Sequence record: NC_025447.1
DNA length: 64,000 nt
Reading direction: 5' to 3' (one strand)
The translations under genes were made by a program, and so were the position numbers. Below, in pieces: positions 40,199-48,899 of this stretch (positions within the stretch are counted from its first letter, which is position 1; each line of letters begins with the position of its first letter). The notes under the pieces were generated by a model. It saw nothing but the letters and a program-made list of their open reading frames with translations. It ran no database searches and was not told where the DNA came from.

Positions 40199-41686
40199 AT
40201 GCCAAGTAATTTTACTGATAAAAATGGTGGTAACATGGCTGGTCACTCTGATAAATGGAGTGAACGCAACCGCCGTCCAAATAGTTATCAAGCAGGTCAA
40301 GGTTCACGTGGGTCACGTAACCAAGGAACTGGTCTAGCTGGTAAAGCAAACGCAGAAGCAGGTGAAGTTAAGAGTACTGAGAACATGACTGAGCTAGAAA
40401 AGCTACGTTATGTTAACTCATTAGGTCTTCTTAACGCAACACAAAAACAACGCCTTGCTGATATGGAACGTGCTGAGAAAGAACAAGCAGTTCCTAAAGA
40501 AGAACCAAAAGCAGAAGTACCTAAAGCTGCTAACCCTGTTAAAGAGTTATCAGATAACTTAGGTAAGATCTTTGCTAACAAACCACAGTTGATTCAGGGT
40601 ATTGTCAAAGCACTACAGGCAGTTCCTAAAGAAGAACTCAAAGGTAAAGCACAAGCTGTACTTGATGTAATGAAAGGTAATAAGAGCACTGAACCAACTG
40701 AAGTATTCAGTACTATCATGCGTGCACTTGAAGGTACACACAAAGAAGATTCCAAAGAACCTGAACAGGGTGAAGCAAGTCTTGATGGTATTCTTAAAAC
40801 TTTTGATAATATTGGTAAAGCAGACCGTGCTAATGCCCAGCAAGTCAAGAATGTACTGGCTAAACTTGAAAACCGTTTAGAAGGTAAAGACGATAAGGTT
40901 AAGCTCGTATCAGATGCAGTTAACAGTGCACTTAAATCTTATGTACAAGGTGAGAAAAGTCGCTTCGTAACAGCTATGGATGCTGCATTCAACACTATGA
41001 AAAAGTATGAAGCAGAACATGGTGAGAAGGTAACACCAGATGGTTATCTAAAGCGTGCAGATGAAGAGGGTGCAGTTGAACAGAAAGATGTTGAGCCTGA
41101 GCAAGAAGAAATACCTGATACCGTTGATATGGATGGATACATTCATCGTCCTGAGATGGAAGAGTTTGGGTCAGATAAAGAAGGTTTTGAACATGCAATG
41201 GCAGTATATAAAGCATTAGTTAAAAATCCAGATTATGCTAACCGTTTTGTTGACGAGTTTGATAGTGCATGGAATAACTACAAAGAGAAAGGTTATGACT
41301 TCCCTGCTGAAGCTGCATTCTTTGAACTTGGTAAACTATTAGCTAAACATGGAATTGACGTTGGTTCATCTGATTCCGAAGGTATGGAAGAAGAACATCT
41401 TGAAATGACCGATAAATCAATTCATGAACTTCAAAAGCTAATGATGTGGATATCCGAGATTGGCAAAAAAGCAGGTGCTGATCGTAAAAGTATCAACAAA
41501 AACATTAGTTGGATTAAAGATAATGTTGGTAACAATGCTCGTAAACTTCAAAAGGCGTGGGCTGATTTAGTAAATGGTGCAGATGATGTTGACATTGAAT
41601 CACCAGAAGCATATGAGTATGCACTAACTACACTTGATAACTCATTCAAAGAGTACGACAGTGGTGTTGGAAAGGATAAAAAATAA
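40199..41686 (+). CDS. about 495-aa A/E/K-rich helical protein, possibly an internal virion protein
   Basis: Long ORF; late-type motif upstream; SD GGAG before ATG40199. Confidence 0.8.
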   Translation: MPSNFTDKNGGNMAGHSDKWSERNRRPNSYQAGQGSRGSRNQGTGLAGKANAEAGEVKSTENMTELEKLRYVNSLGLLNATQKQRLADMERAEKEQAVPKEEPKAEVPKAANPVKELSDNLGKIFANKPQLIQGIVKALQAVPKEELKGKAQAVLDVMKGNKSTEPTEVFSTIMRALEGTHKEDSKEPEQGEASLDGILKTFDNIGKADRANAQQVKNVLAKLENRLEGKDDKVKLVSDAVNSALKSYVQGEKSRFVTAMDAAFNTMKKYEAEHGEKVTPDGYLKRADEEGAVEQKDVEPEQEEIPDTVDMDGYIHRPEMEEFGSDKEGFEHAMAVYKALVKNPDYANRFVDEFDSAWNNYKEKGYDFPAEAAFFELGKLLAKHGIDVGSSDSEGMEEEHLEMTDKSIHELQKLMMWISEIGKKAGADRKSINKNISWIKDNVGNNARKLQKAWADLVNGADDVDIESPEAYEYALTTLDNSFKEYDSGVGKDKK

Positions 41687-41692
41687 ACATTT

Positions 41693-41718
41693 AAAAGGTT
41701 GACTTCGGTCAACCTTTT
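41693..41718 (+). terminator. hairpin cassette, copy 4
   Basis: AAAAGGTTGAC-TTCG-GTCAACCTTTT perfect stem. Confidence 0.85.
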
Positions 41719-41757
41719 TTTGTAAATATAAAAGAGGAATTAAGAAGAGGGATTACA

Positions 41758-42343
41758 ATGAAAAAATATATTATATTTGGAATTGTATTATTTTCCAGTA
41801 CTAGTTATGGTGCAGATTATCATTGCTCCGTAGCAAGACAGGATTTCAGAAATGGGGATTTCTATACCACTTCATACACAAAAGGAATAATACACGACAT
41901 CGACACAACTATTGGATTTAATGCATTTGATAACAAAGATTCATATACTTCAGGTATACTATCTGAGCGTAAGACTGATGTAATGGGAATAGAAAAAGAG
42001 TTCCGGTGATTCAGTAGCAATGTGCAATGACATTGAAAGTACTAAAACAATTTATTATAATAATGAACGTAATTATCGTTTTCATAATTTAACCACAAAT
42101 AAAAGTTTACTATTTTACAATTGTAAAGAAGTAAAACTCCCACCCGACAATAGCTGTAACCCGACGAACCCATCACCAGCACAATGTAATACTCAATCTG
42201 AACCTGATAACAATAAAAAAGACAAAGATAAAGATAAAAAAGAAGACAAAAAACCTTTAAAAGATAAAAAGAAAGATAAAAAACCTAATCCGTTTAAAAA
42301 TAATAAACCAGCACAACCCGATATGACGTGTAAAATAAAATAA
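41758..42343 (+). pseudogene. secreted protein with K/D-rich tail, split by a +1 frameshift (or sequencing error)
   Basis: ORFs 41758..42009 and 42020..42343 fuse if one A is removed from GAAAAAG at about 41993-41997. Confidence 0.6.
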
Positions 42344-42352
42344 GGATATATA

Positions 42353-42772
42353 ATGAAAAAGATTTTTTTAAGTATTATTTTAGTACTTTTTAGTTTTAAT
42401 GTATATGCAGCAGATGCTAAACAGGTTGCAAATACAGTAAAAGATGTTATAGTAGATAATGCTCCTACATTAGAGGAAATTGGGGTAAAAACTTGTGATA
42501 TTGTAATATATAATTTAGTTAATGATGAACGAGTTATGTTGAATACGTATGAACAAGTAGTCCCATTGGTTGAATCTGGTGATGCTTTTAGCTTTACATA
42601 TAAAGTTAAATTAACAGGAGGGGTTGAAGTTAATCTTGACATTGATACCGCTTCAGTACTAAAAGATAAACTAGGATATGTGTTCAATCGTATTCGTGAA
42701 GAAGGTCATCTTAAGTATGTTTATGAAAGTAAAATACTAAAACGTGCAATAGTTATAGAAAACTGTAAATGA
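42353..42772 (+). CDS. secreted protein (signal peptide)
   Basis: VYA cleavage site. Confidence 0.75.
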   Translation: MKKIFLSIILVLFSFNVYAADAKQVANTVKDVIVDNAPTLEEIGVKTCDIVIYNLVNDERVMLNTYEQVVPLVESGDAFSFTYKVKLTGGVEVNLDIDTASVLKDKLGYVFNRIREEGHLKYVYESKILKRAIVIENCK

Positions 42773-42776
42773 TAAT

Positions 42777-42813
42777 AAAAGGGTTGACTTCGGTCAGCCT
42801 TTTTTGTTATGAT
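42777..42813 (+). promoter_or_regulatory. terminator-promoter hairpin cassette, copy 5
   Basis: GGTTGAC-TTCG-GTCAGCC; TTGACT-18-TATGAT. Confidence 0.85.
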
Positions 42814-42841
42814 GTTGATATTAACTACAGAGGATAAAGTA

Positions 42842-43483
42842 ATGACTAAGCAAGAAATATTCAAAACTTTAATTGACATTTTGCGTCCATCAAAAACTCG
42901 TTGTGCGATGGAGTTTGATATTCCTTATGCTGAACGCGTAATCTTTCCACAAGTTAAAGCTGCTGGACTTACTTTGCTTGGAATGGGGATGTACTCTGTA
43001 GTAGTTGAACATAAAAACTATCCTGGGCGTGCATTTAAAGTAACCACTTCACGCTGGGATGGTTTTCGTGCTTATGCAAAGTACTGCATTGAAAACGCAG
43101 GAACCAAGTTTCTTCCAGTGATCTACAGTGCCAACGAACAAGGAAACTTTGGATGGTATGAGATGGACAAGTACTATCCTATAATTAAACAAAAAAATAA
43201 TTATGATGACTTTGTTAGTACTAAAATTGGAGATTTATATTCTTATGCACATGCTGGTCAGTACGCTACTTCAGTGAATGATATGCGTGGTAATTCTGAA
43301 GAGATTGCTATTGCAACGGTCGCTGCTAACATCATGAAAGAGTTTCACGGGCGTTTTGTACCAGACATTCATTCAAGTAATGTAATGATGGATAAAGATG
43401 GGAATGTATTCATTACTGATCCTCTTTCGTGTGATGTGCGTAGAGAAATACCAATTACTGAAGAAGATCCAGTTTTTTATTGA
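42842..43483 (+). CDS. Ser/Thr protein kinase, T7 gp0.7-like catalytic domain
   Basis: LGMGMYS Gly-loop, AFK lysine, DIHSSNVM catalytic loop, ITDP. Confidence 0.85.
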   Translation: MTKQEIFKTLIDILRPSKTRCAMEFDIPYAERVIFPQVKAAGLTLLGMGMYSVVVEHKNYPGRAFKVTTSRWDGFRAYAKYCIENAGTKFLPVIYSANEQGNFGWYEMDKYYPIIKQKNNYDDFVSTKIGDLYSYAHAGQYATSVNDMRGNSEEIAIATVAANIMKEFHGRFVPDIHSSNVMMDKDGNVFITDPLSCDVRREIPITEEDPVFY

Positions 43484-43544
43484 CAGAACTGATGTTCTGG
43501 TGTATTCTTAATAAACCATAAAAATTGCGGTAAAGGATAAAATC

Positions 43545-43826
43545 ATGCGTTCATTTGAAAACTTAATAGGTAAGCATCTTTTATCTGAAATTGATGCAGA
43601 CGTTAAAGAATTATCCAAATCAAAAAGTTACATTCATTTGGATGAACTGTTTATTAAGTACGGTGAGATTGGTTTTAAGTCATTATTTGTTTTTACTATG
43701 AAAGTACATAGTTTAAAGTACTTCGATTTGAGTACTAAAGATGGTGAACCGAATCTATATTACATGTATTACCTTAAGAACAAAGATGAAGCTAATACAT
43801 TACTCTCTGAATATATATTGGGGTAA
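43545..43826 (+). CDS. hypothetical protein
   Basis: Own promoter TTGACA-17-TATTCT at 43480-43508. Confidence 0.75.
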   Translation: MRSFENLIGKHLLSEIDADVKELSKSKSYIHLDELFIKYGEIGFKSLFVFTMKVHSLKYFDLSTKDGEPNLYYMYYLKNKDEANTLLSEYILG

Positions 43827-43828
43827 AA

Positions 43829-44167
43829 ATGGAACAATATTTTGAATTAATAAACAAAGTATCATTTTATGTAGTATCTTTGGTTTGGGTGTATTATATG
43901 TTTTGCTATATTATTGCATTCTTCCGATATACTACTTTATATGAACGTATCTACTATGATGCCCCAATTTCATTCTTGATGTTTTGTGCCTGTACGTGGG
44001 GAATATTAGAAGTACTGATATGTGGGTATAGTACTGATGAATTAAATCTGGTATCGGTGTTGACTGGGTTTTCATTTGTTGTTATGATAGCTGCCGTTCC
44101 AGTATGGTTGTTCTTTGGACTAGTTCATCGCATTGATATATGGCGTTCTAATATCCCTGAAAAGTAA
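43829..44167 (+). CDS. 3-TM paralog family, array 1
   Basis: Three TMs; tail RSNIPEK. Confidence 0.75.
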   Translation: MEQYFELINKVSFYVVSLVWVYYMFCYIIAFFRYTTLYERIYYDAPISFLMFCACTWGILEVLICGYSTDELNLVSVLTGFSFVVMIAAVPVWLFFGLVHRIDIWRSNIPEK

Positions 44168-44176
44168 GGATTGGTA

Positions 44177-44518
44177 ATGATTTATTACACTAACATGTTT
44201 GCCTATGCTGTTGCTTGCATTTACATTGTTTACTTCTTATTCGGTGGAGTACTGTGCTTCTTTAAGTACAAAACGTTGTTCAACCGAATGTACCCAAATC
44301 ATCCAATTGTAGTTGTACTTTTGATTCTTTCAGTTTCTCAAATAATCGTTGAAACTACAATGGGTATCAGTAGTGTACATTATAGTTTTGGTACTATAGT
44401 AATTATTACTATGCTTATTGCATACATTTTAGTACTTGGATATGGTATCTTTGGTAATATTGGTATGAAAATGTATCATCGAATTAAAACATTACGTGAT
44501 AATCTACCGGAGCGTTGA
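44177..44518 (+). CDS. 3-TM paralog family, array 1
   Basis: Three TMs; tail RDNLPER. Confidence 0.75.
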   Translation: MIYYTNMFAYAVACIYIVYFLFGGVLCFFKYKTLFNRMYPNHPIVVVLLILSVSQIIVETTMGISSVHYSFGTIVIITMLIAYILVLGYGIFGNIGMKMYHRIKTLRDNLPER

Positions 44519-44519
44519 T

Positions 44520-44864
44520 ATGTATAATTTGAACCTAATCTCATATATTATAACAACACTGTTTACATTCTATGCCTTTGTTGGTATAATCCTACTGTAC
44601 TTTAAATTTTATAAAGTGTTTAACCGTTTCTATCCTTCAATGGAGAATGAGTTTTTCTTTGTGTTGTACGTAGGTTACACATTAATGGCTACATGTTTCA
44701 CTGTAGCCGATGGTGTCATCGGCATTAAAACTGATTCCCCAAATGGTAGTACGCTGGTTGCATTTATTCTTACTGGATTCCTTGCAACTTATATTGCCTT
44801 CATTACAACATGGTCAGTGGTTGAATTTCTCTTGCGACTACGAAAGAATATGCCGAATCGATAG
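44520..44864 (+). CDS. 3-TM paralog family, array 1
   Basis: Three TMs; tail RKNMPNR. Confidence 0.75.
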   Translation: MYNLNLISYIITTLFTFYAFVGIILLYFKFYKVFNRFYPSMENEFFFVLYVGYTLMATCFTVADGVIGIKTDSPNGSTLVAFILTGFLATYIAFITTWSVVEFLLRLRKNMPNR

Positions 44865-44873
44865 GAGACATAT

Positions 44874-45128
44874 ATGTTTGCGTTGCGTAATAAAAACACT
44901 AAAGAATTATTATGTATTGATACCGTATGGGATTGTGCGGGTTCAACTACAGTTCTTGAAGAAGGAACTGGATATTGCGTGTTTGTTGTACATGATAGGA
45001 ATGAACTCGAATTATTACTTGCTGAGTTCAATGCTGGTGGTAATCCTAACAGTACTGAATACCCTGAGATTATCAATCCAGCACCTCCAGGTTCATATGA
45101 AATCCTACCACTATGGGTGTTGAAATAA
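44874..45128 (+). CDS. hypothetical protein (paralog of 47000..47269)
   Basis: MFALRNK..EYPE..YEIL. Confidence 0.75.
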   Translation: MFALRNKNTKELLCIDTVWDCAGSTTVLEEGTGYCVFVVHDRNELELLLAEFNAGGNPNSTEYPEIINPAPPGSYEILPLWVLK

Positions 45129-45508
45129 TGCGACAAATGTACAAAGTAACCGAGCTAAACAAGCGTCTGGTTAAACAATCTATGTTTGAGGATAAAGAGT
45201 CTTACTATAACTTTAAACGTGCTGTAGAGGCTGCTATCCACATTCAGAAGCTTAAAGAACGTGGTTGTATTATTCTGGAAAATGGTTCGGAAGTTGTAAC
45301 GGATGACTTTAGTGTAGCGTTTGATGTTTCACCTGATGGGACGCTATCAATGCCCCGCTTAGGAACTGGAAACATGACTGTTTGGGTTGGCTTCACTATG
45401 GGGAATGTACCTGGTACTGTGTACGTAGATGATGCGGAATTGAAAGACAGTTTCAAAAACTTATCTTATCTTGAACCACAATACGCACATGAAATGAATT
45501 TATTTTGA
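45128..45508 (+). CDS. hypothetical protein
   Basis: TAATG coupling. Confidence 0.75.
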   Translation: MRQMYKVTELNKRLVKQSMFEDKESYYNFKRAVEAAIHIQKLKERGCIILENGSEVVTDDFSVAFDVSPDGTLSMPRLGTGNMTVWVGFTMGNVPGTVYVDDAELKDSFKNLSYLEPQYAHEMNLF

Positions 45509-45509
45509 G

Positions 45510-45537
45510 TTGACAAACACATTCAGTACTGTATAAT
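45510..45537 (+). promoter_or_regulatory. sigma70-type promoter with AGTACT in spacer
   Basis: TTGACA-16-TATAAT; leader hairpin GGGATGA/TCATCCC. Confidence 0.7.
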
Positions 45538-45584
45538 GCTTATCAAGGGGATGAACTTCTCATCCCTACAATCGAGGAACTACC

Positions 45585-46139
45585 ATGATTACTTTTAAGA
45601 AAACTGCTAACCACATCCATGAAATCTACATTAACGGTCATAAAGCTGGCCTTCTTCGTTTACTCGCCCATCACCCTGATGCTACCGTATCTGATAATGA
45701 ACCTAAAGATTGGCGTGTCTTTTTCTTTGGAAAGTACAGTGATTTTCAAGTATCAAACCTGAAGAACATTCGTTCAGTATGCACGTTAACTGAAATTAAA
45801 GAAAAGTTAGCACAAGCATTGAAAACTAATCCAGATGGTGTTCTTCCACCTGATAACTTTGTAGAGAAAGGTTATGCCTTAGCTCATTTCAAAGATGGTA
45901 CTATTCAATCTATCAGTACTGAATATGAATATCATTGGACTGAGTACTTCACTTATGGTTCGAGTAATACATTGATGGATTCACGTAGTAAATTGGAAGA
46001 AGTACTGACTCGTATGAATGAACGCGAGCGTCAGTTATATGACAAACCAGAAATGTGGAGTTCAACTTACATTGACCGTATTGACTATGTTATTATGACT
46101 CCAATCTTTGACACTGCTTACTATGATTCTTTGAAATAA
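45585..46139 (+). CDS. hypothetical protein
   Basis: ORF track; SD GAGG. Confidence 0.8.
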   Translation: MITFKKTANHIHEIYINGHKAGLLRLLAHHPDATVSDNEPKDWRVFFFGKYSDFQVSNLKNIRSVCTLTEIKEKLAQALKTNPDGVLPPDNFVEKGYALAHFKDGTIQSISTEYEYHWTEYFTYGSSNTLMDSRSKLEEVLTRMNERERQLYDKPEMWSSTYIDRIDYVIMTPIFDTAYYDSLK

Positions 46140-46150
46140 GGATAACTTAT

Positions 46151-46327
46151 ATGAAACTACGTACTCGTAATCGACTGATGGATGCACTGTACCATGAACA
46201 GCTTTCACTGAATGAAGTGAAGCGTCAGTTAATGTACACATATCAGTTTCCCGCTCGCATTGCAAAACAACGTGCTAAAGAATTGCTGAAAGAAGCAATC
46301 GAGTACTGGGAATCTGATTCGTACTAA
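46151..46327 (+). CDS. 58-aa hypothetical protein
   Basis: SD AAGG; manually translated. Confidence 0.65.
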   Translation: MKLRTRNRLMDALYHEQLSLNEVKRQLMYTYQFPARIAKQRAKELLKEAIEYWESDSY

Positions 46328-46366
46328 TATTACGTGATATGTCACGTTAATTAAGTGAGGCGATAA

Positions 46367-46618
46367 ATGAAAATATTATTAGTTCTAATACTACTAATAG
46401 TTTTACCATTTACTTTAGTATCCCCTGGACTTGCATGGAATGTATTTGTGTACTTAGTATGTACTATTGTAGTAAATGGTATCTTGTTCTTAGTTCTATT
46501 CATAAATGGAATAGGACACGGTGGAGGATGGACCAGTACTGCTGATATTGTACATAAAACCACTATGTCTTTATTTGTAATGTGGAATTTGTTCTGGACT
46601 TGGTTTGTGTTCTTCTAA
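46367..46618 (+). CDS. 3-TM small membrane protein
   Basis: Hydrophobic; SD GAGG. Confidence 0.65.
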   Translation: MKILLVLILLIVLPFTLVSPGLAWNVFVYLVCTIVVNGILFLVLFINGIGHGGGWTSTADIVHKTTMSLFVMWNLFWTWFVFF

Positions 46619-46626
46619 TTAAAAAT

Positions 46627-46998
46627 ATGAATATAGATTTGAAAGGTGCAACACGAACTGTTATCCTCATTGGGGAATATGCTATCAAGATTCCAACCTT
46701 TAAAAGTTGGAAGCTATTCTTAACAGGGATGATAGCTAACCTCAATGAACGTTCGTGGATGCAGTACTCCAATCGTAGTGATAGTAGTATCTGTCCTACG
46801 TTGTGGTCATCATGTACTGGACTAGTAACTGTACAGAAACGTTGTAAGCCAGTGCAACATAGGGGTTTATTTTGGGTGGAGTTGTGTGCATTAGCATCTA
46901 AATCAGAGTTGAGTACTGACTTCTTCTATTCAGATGCGAAGCCAGAAAACTTTGGGTATCTGGGTGGTAAGTTAGTTAAACTTGATTATGGAGATTAA
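46627..46998 (+). CDS. minimal protein-kinase-like domain protein
   Basis: GATRTV, YAIKIP, DAKPENFG, LDYG. Confidence 0.65.
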   Translation: MNIDLKGATRTVILIGEYAIKIPTFKSWKLFLTGMIANLNERSWMQYSNRSDSSICPTLWSSCTGLVTVQKRCKPVQHRGLFWVELCALASKSELSTDFFYSDAKPENFGYLGGKLVKLDYGD

Positions 46999-46999
46999 T

Positions 47000-47269
47000 A
47001 TGTACGCACTGTATAATAAAGAAAAGAAACGATTTGCTAAGGTTGAAATTTCGATTGATACATTTGATATGTTGGAGTACTGTATTGTAACTGACCTATA
47101 TGCTAACTTGTATTACGTTCTTGATGACGTATCAGTACTGCAACGATTGCTTGAGAATTCCAAAAGTCAATGCCAGGGCATCCATGATGGTTCATCTTAT
47201 GAAACACCTGAGTGTTCCTACGGCTATCTGGACGGGTATGAGATTGTGAAGTTGGGGATCATTGAATAA
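47000..47269 (+). CDS. hypothetical protein (paralog of 44874..45128)
   Basis: MYALYNK..YETPE..YEIV. Confidence 0.75.
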   Translation: MYALYNKEKKRFAKVEISIDTFDMLEYCIVTDLYANLYYVLDDVSVLQRLLENSKSQCQGIHDGSSYETPECSYGYLDGYEIVKLGIIE

Positions 47270-47272
47270 AGA

Positions 47273-47319
47273 AAAGGGTTGACTTCGGTCAGCCCTTTTT
47301 GCTATAATTATTTCATCAA
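47273..47319 (+). repeat. terminator-promoter cassette, copy 6 (47-bp perfect repeat A)
   Basis: AAAGGGTTGACTTCGGTCAGCCCTTTTTGCTATAATTATTTCATCAA. Confidence 0.9.
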
Positions 47320-47336
47320 GACGAGAGGATGAATAC

Positions 47337-47852
47337 ATGACACGCATTAACTTAGTACACGTTAAAGAACTTGCTGACCAACATCTGATGGCTGAATATC
47401 GTGAACTCCCACGTGTATTTGGTGCTGTACAAAAACACGTTCAAGCACGTAAGCGTGTACGTGATTTCAAAATTAATAGTACTTATCTGTTAGGTTCAGG
47501 TCATGTGACATTCTTTTACGACAAGTTATTGTACTTACAGAAGCGTCATATTGATATTGTCAACGAATGTCTGCGTCGTGGTATGAAGATTCAAAACACT
47601 GAAGTAAACGACATTAGCGGCTTCCCTGCTGAGTTTTGTAATGACTACGTACCAACGGAGTCAGAGATTAAAATGTCTCGTGATCGTTTGATTGAGAAGC
47701 TCCAGATGAAGCCTACGTGGTATAAGTTTACTGATGTTGAATGTCCACAGTACGTTAAAGATATGCAGAACGTAAGTAGTAAGAACGAATCTAGTACTGA
47801 TATGTTCGACGAAATTGAAGAACAAATCAAAGATGAAATGAATAATTATTAA
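47337..47852 (+). CDS. denV: pyrimidine-dimer DNA glycosylase / endonuclease V
   Basis: [36 protein letters not shown]. Confidence 0.95.
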   Translation: MTRINLVHVKELADQHLMAEYRELPRVFGAVQKHVQARKRVRDFKINSTYLLGSGHVTFFYDKLLYLQKRHIDIVNECLRRGMKIQNTEVNDISGFPAEFCNDYVPTESEIKMSRDRLIEKLQMKPTWYKFTDVECPQYVKDMQNVSSKNESSTDMFDEIEEQIKDEMNNY

Positions 47853-47855
47853 AGG

Positions 47856-47872
47856 AAAGGGTTGACTTCGGT
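47856..47872 (+). repeat. truncated cassette, copy 7
   Basis: AAAGGGTTGACTTCGGT; 3' arm and -10 box missing. Confidence 0.75.
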
Positions 47873-47890
47873 TACACAAAGGAACATAAC

Positions 47891-48085
47891 ATGTTATTAG
47901 TATATTCAACGCGTTTCTGGATTTCTTTTATTGTACTATCGCTAATCGGCTTCGGTTTGAGTATACTCTTTTCGTGGGATGAATTGGGTACATGGTATTA
48001 TGAAGTCCCGTGGTACATGAAGATAGCTCCTTGTTATGCGGCATTGTTCGTGTCATTCCTTATTGTTGTCTTCAGCGAGGATTAG
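47891..48085 (+). CDS. 2-TM small membrane protein
   Basis: SD AAGGA; hydrophobic. Confidence 0.65.
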   Translation: MLLVYSTRFWISFIVLSLIGFGLSILFSWDELGTWYYEVPWYMKIAPCYAALFVSFLIVVFSED

Positions 48086-48191
48086 TTGATGTAGTATGTG
48101 CTACACCAAAGTATTTGGATATTTTAGATATAAACATTGACACCTGTTATATCTTTCTGTATTATGTACATCACCAAATGAGGAATACAAC

Positions 48192-48551
48192 ATGGCATCT
48201 TTAAGTGAAATCGCAGAATACAACCCACTAACAATCTCAACAATTCAACGTACAAAAACTTTTTATTTCCGTCCTGCTGATGGATGGAAACGTGGAATGA
48301 ATGGTGACTATCGAGTACTGGAAGATTCACTAATCGAGCGTATCAACTCTGAACTACAGAAGTATGAAGGTGTTAAAGTTGTGCGTTCAACTTCTCGTTA
48401 TTTTGAGTACTACATTGAGTCTTCAACTGTAAATGAAAACTCATCATTCTCGGTGGACAACACTGATATTCTTCGTAATGCAGTTGGTCTGTTATGCAAC
48501 ATTGCAGAAGAAATGGGCTTAACTATTACTACTATGAGTGAATTAGAATAA
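48192..48551 (+). CDS. hypothetical protein
   Basis: Own promoter TTGACA-17-TATTAT at 48137-48165. Confidence 0.8.
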   Translation: MASLSEIAEYNPLTISTIQRTKTFYFRPADGWKRGMNGDYRVLEDSLIERINSELQKYEGVKVVRSTSRYFEYYIESSTVNENSSFSVDNTDILRNAVGLLCNIAEEMGLTITTMSELE

Positions 48552-48554
48552 CAT

Positions 48555-48601
48555 AAAGGGTTGACTTCGGTCAGCCCTTTTTGCTATAATTATTTCATCA
48601 A
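48555..48601 (+). repeat. terminator-promoter cassette, copy 8 (47-bp perfect repeat B)
   Basis: Identical to 47273-47319. Confidence 0.9.
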
Positions 48602-48616
48602 CACAAGAGGTAACAA

Positions 48617-48856
48617 ATGAAACTATCTTTTATACGATTAGCTGAATTCTTCGGTACTGATATCATTACTTTACAACAAATTGCAGACAATACTTCATTA
48701 AGTATACAAGAAGTACTTGACTTAGATGTAATTCAGTGCGATAATACTTCAATCGATTTCAAAGAAGGTCTTGTCGAAAAAGATAAGATTCAGGCTAAGA
48801 TTAATGGTGCTGGACGGGTTCAGTACTGGAAAGGTATATTATCAAATTCAATTTGA
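48617..48856 (+). CDS. hypothetical protein
   Basis: SD GAGG. Confidence 0.75.
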   Translation: MKLSFIRLAEFFGTDIITLQQIADNTSLSIQEVLDLDVIQCDNTSIDFKEGLVEKDKIQAKINGAGRVQYWKGILSNSI

Positions 48857-48899
48857 AATTTTTTGTTATTCATCATATGATAATGAATGGGAACCATAA

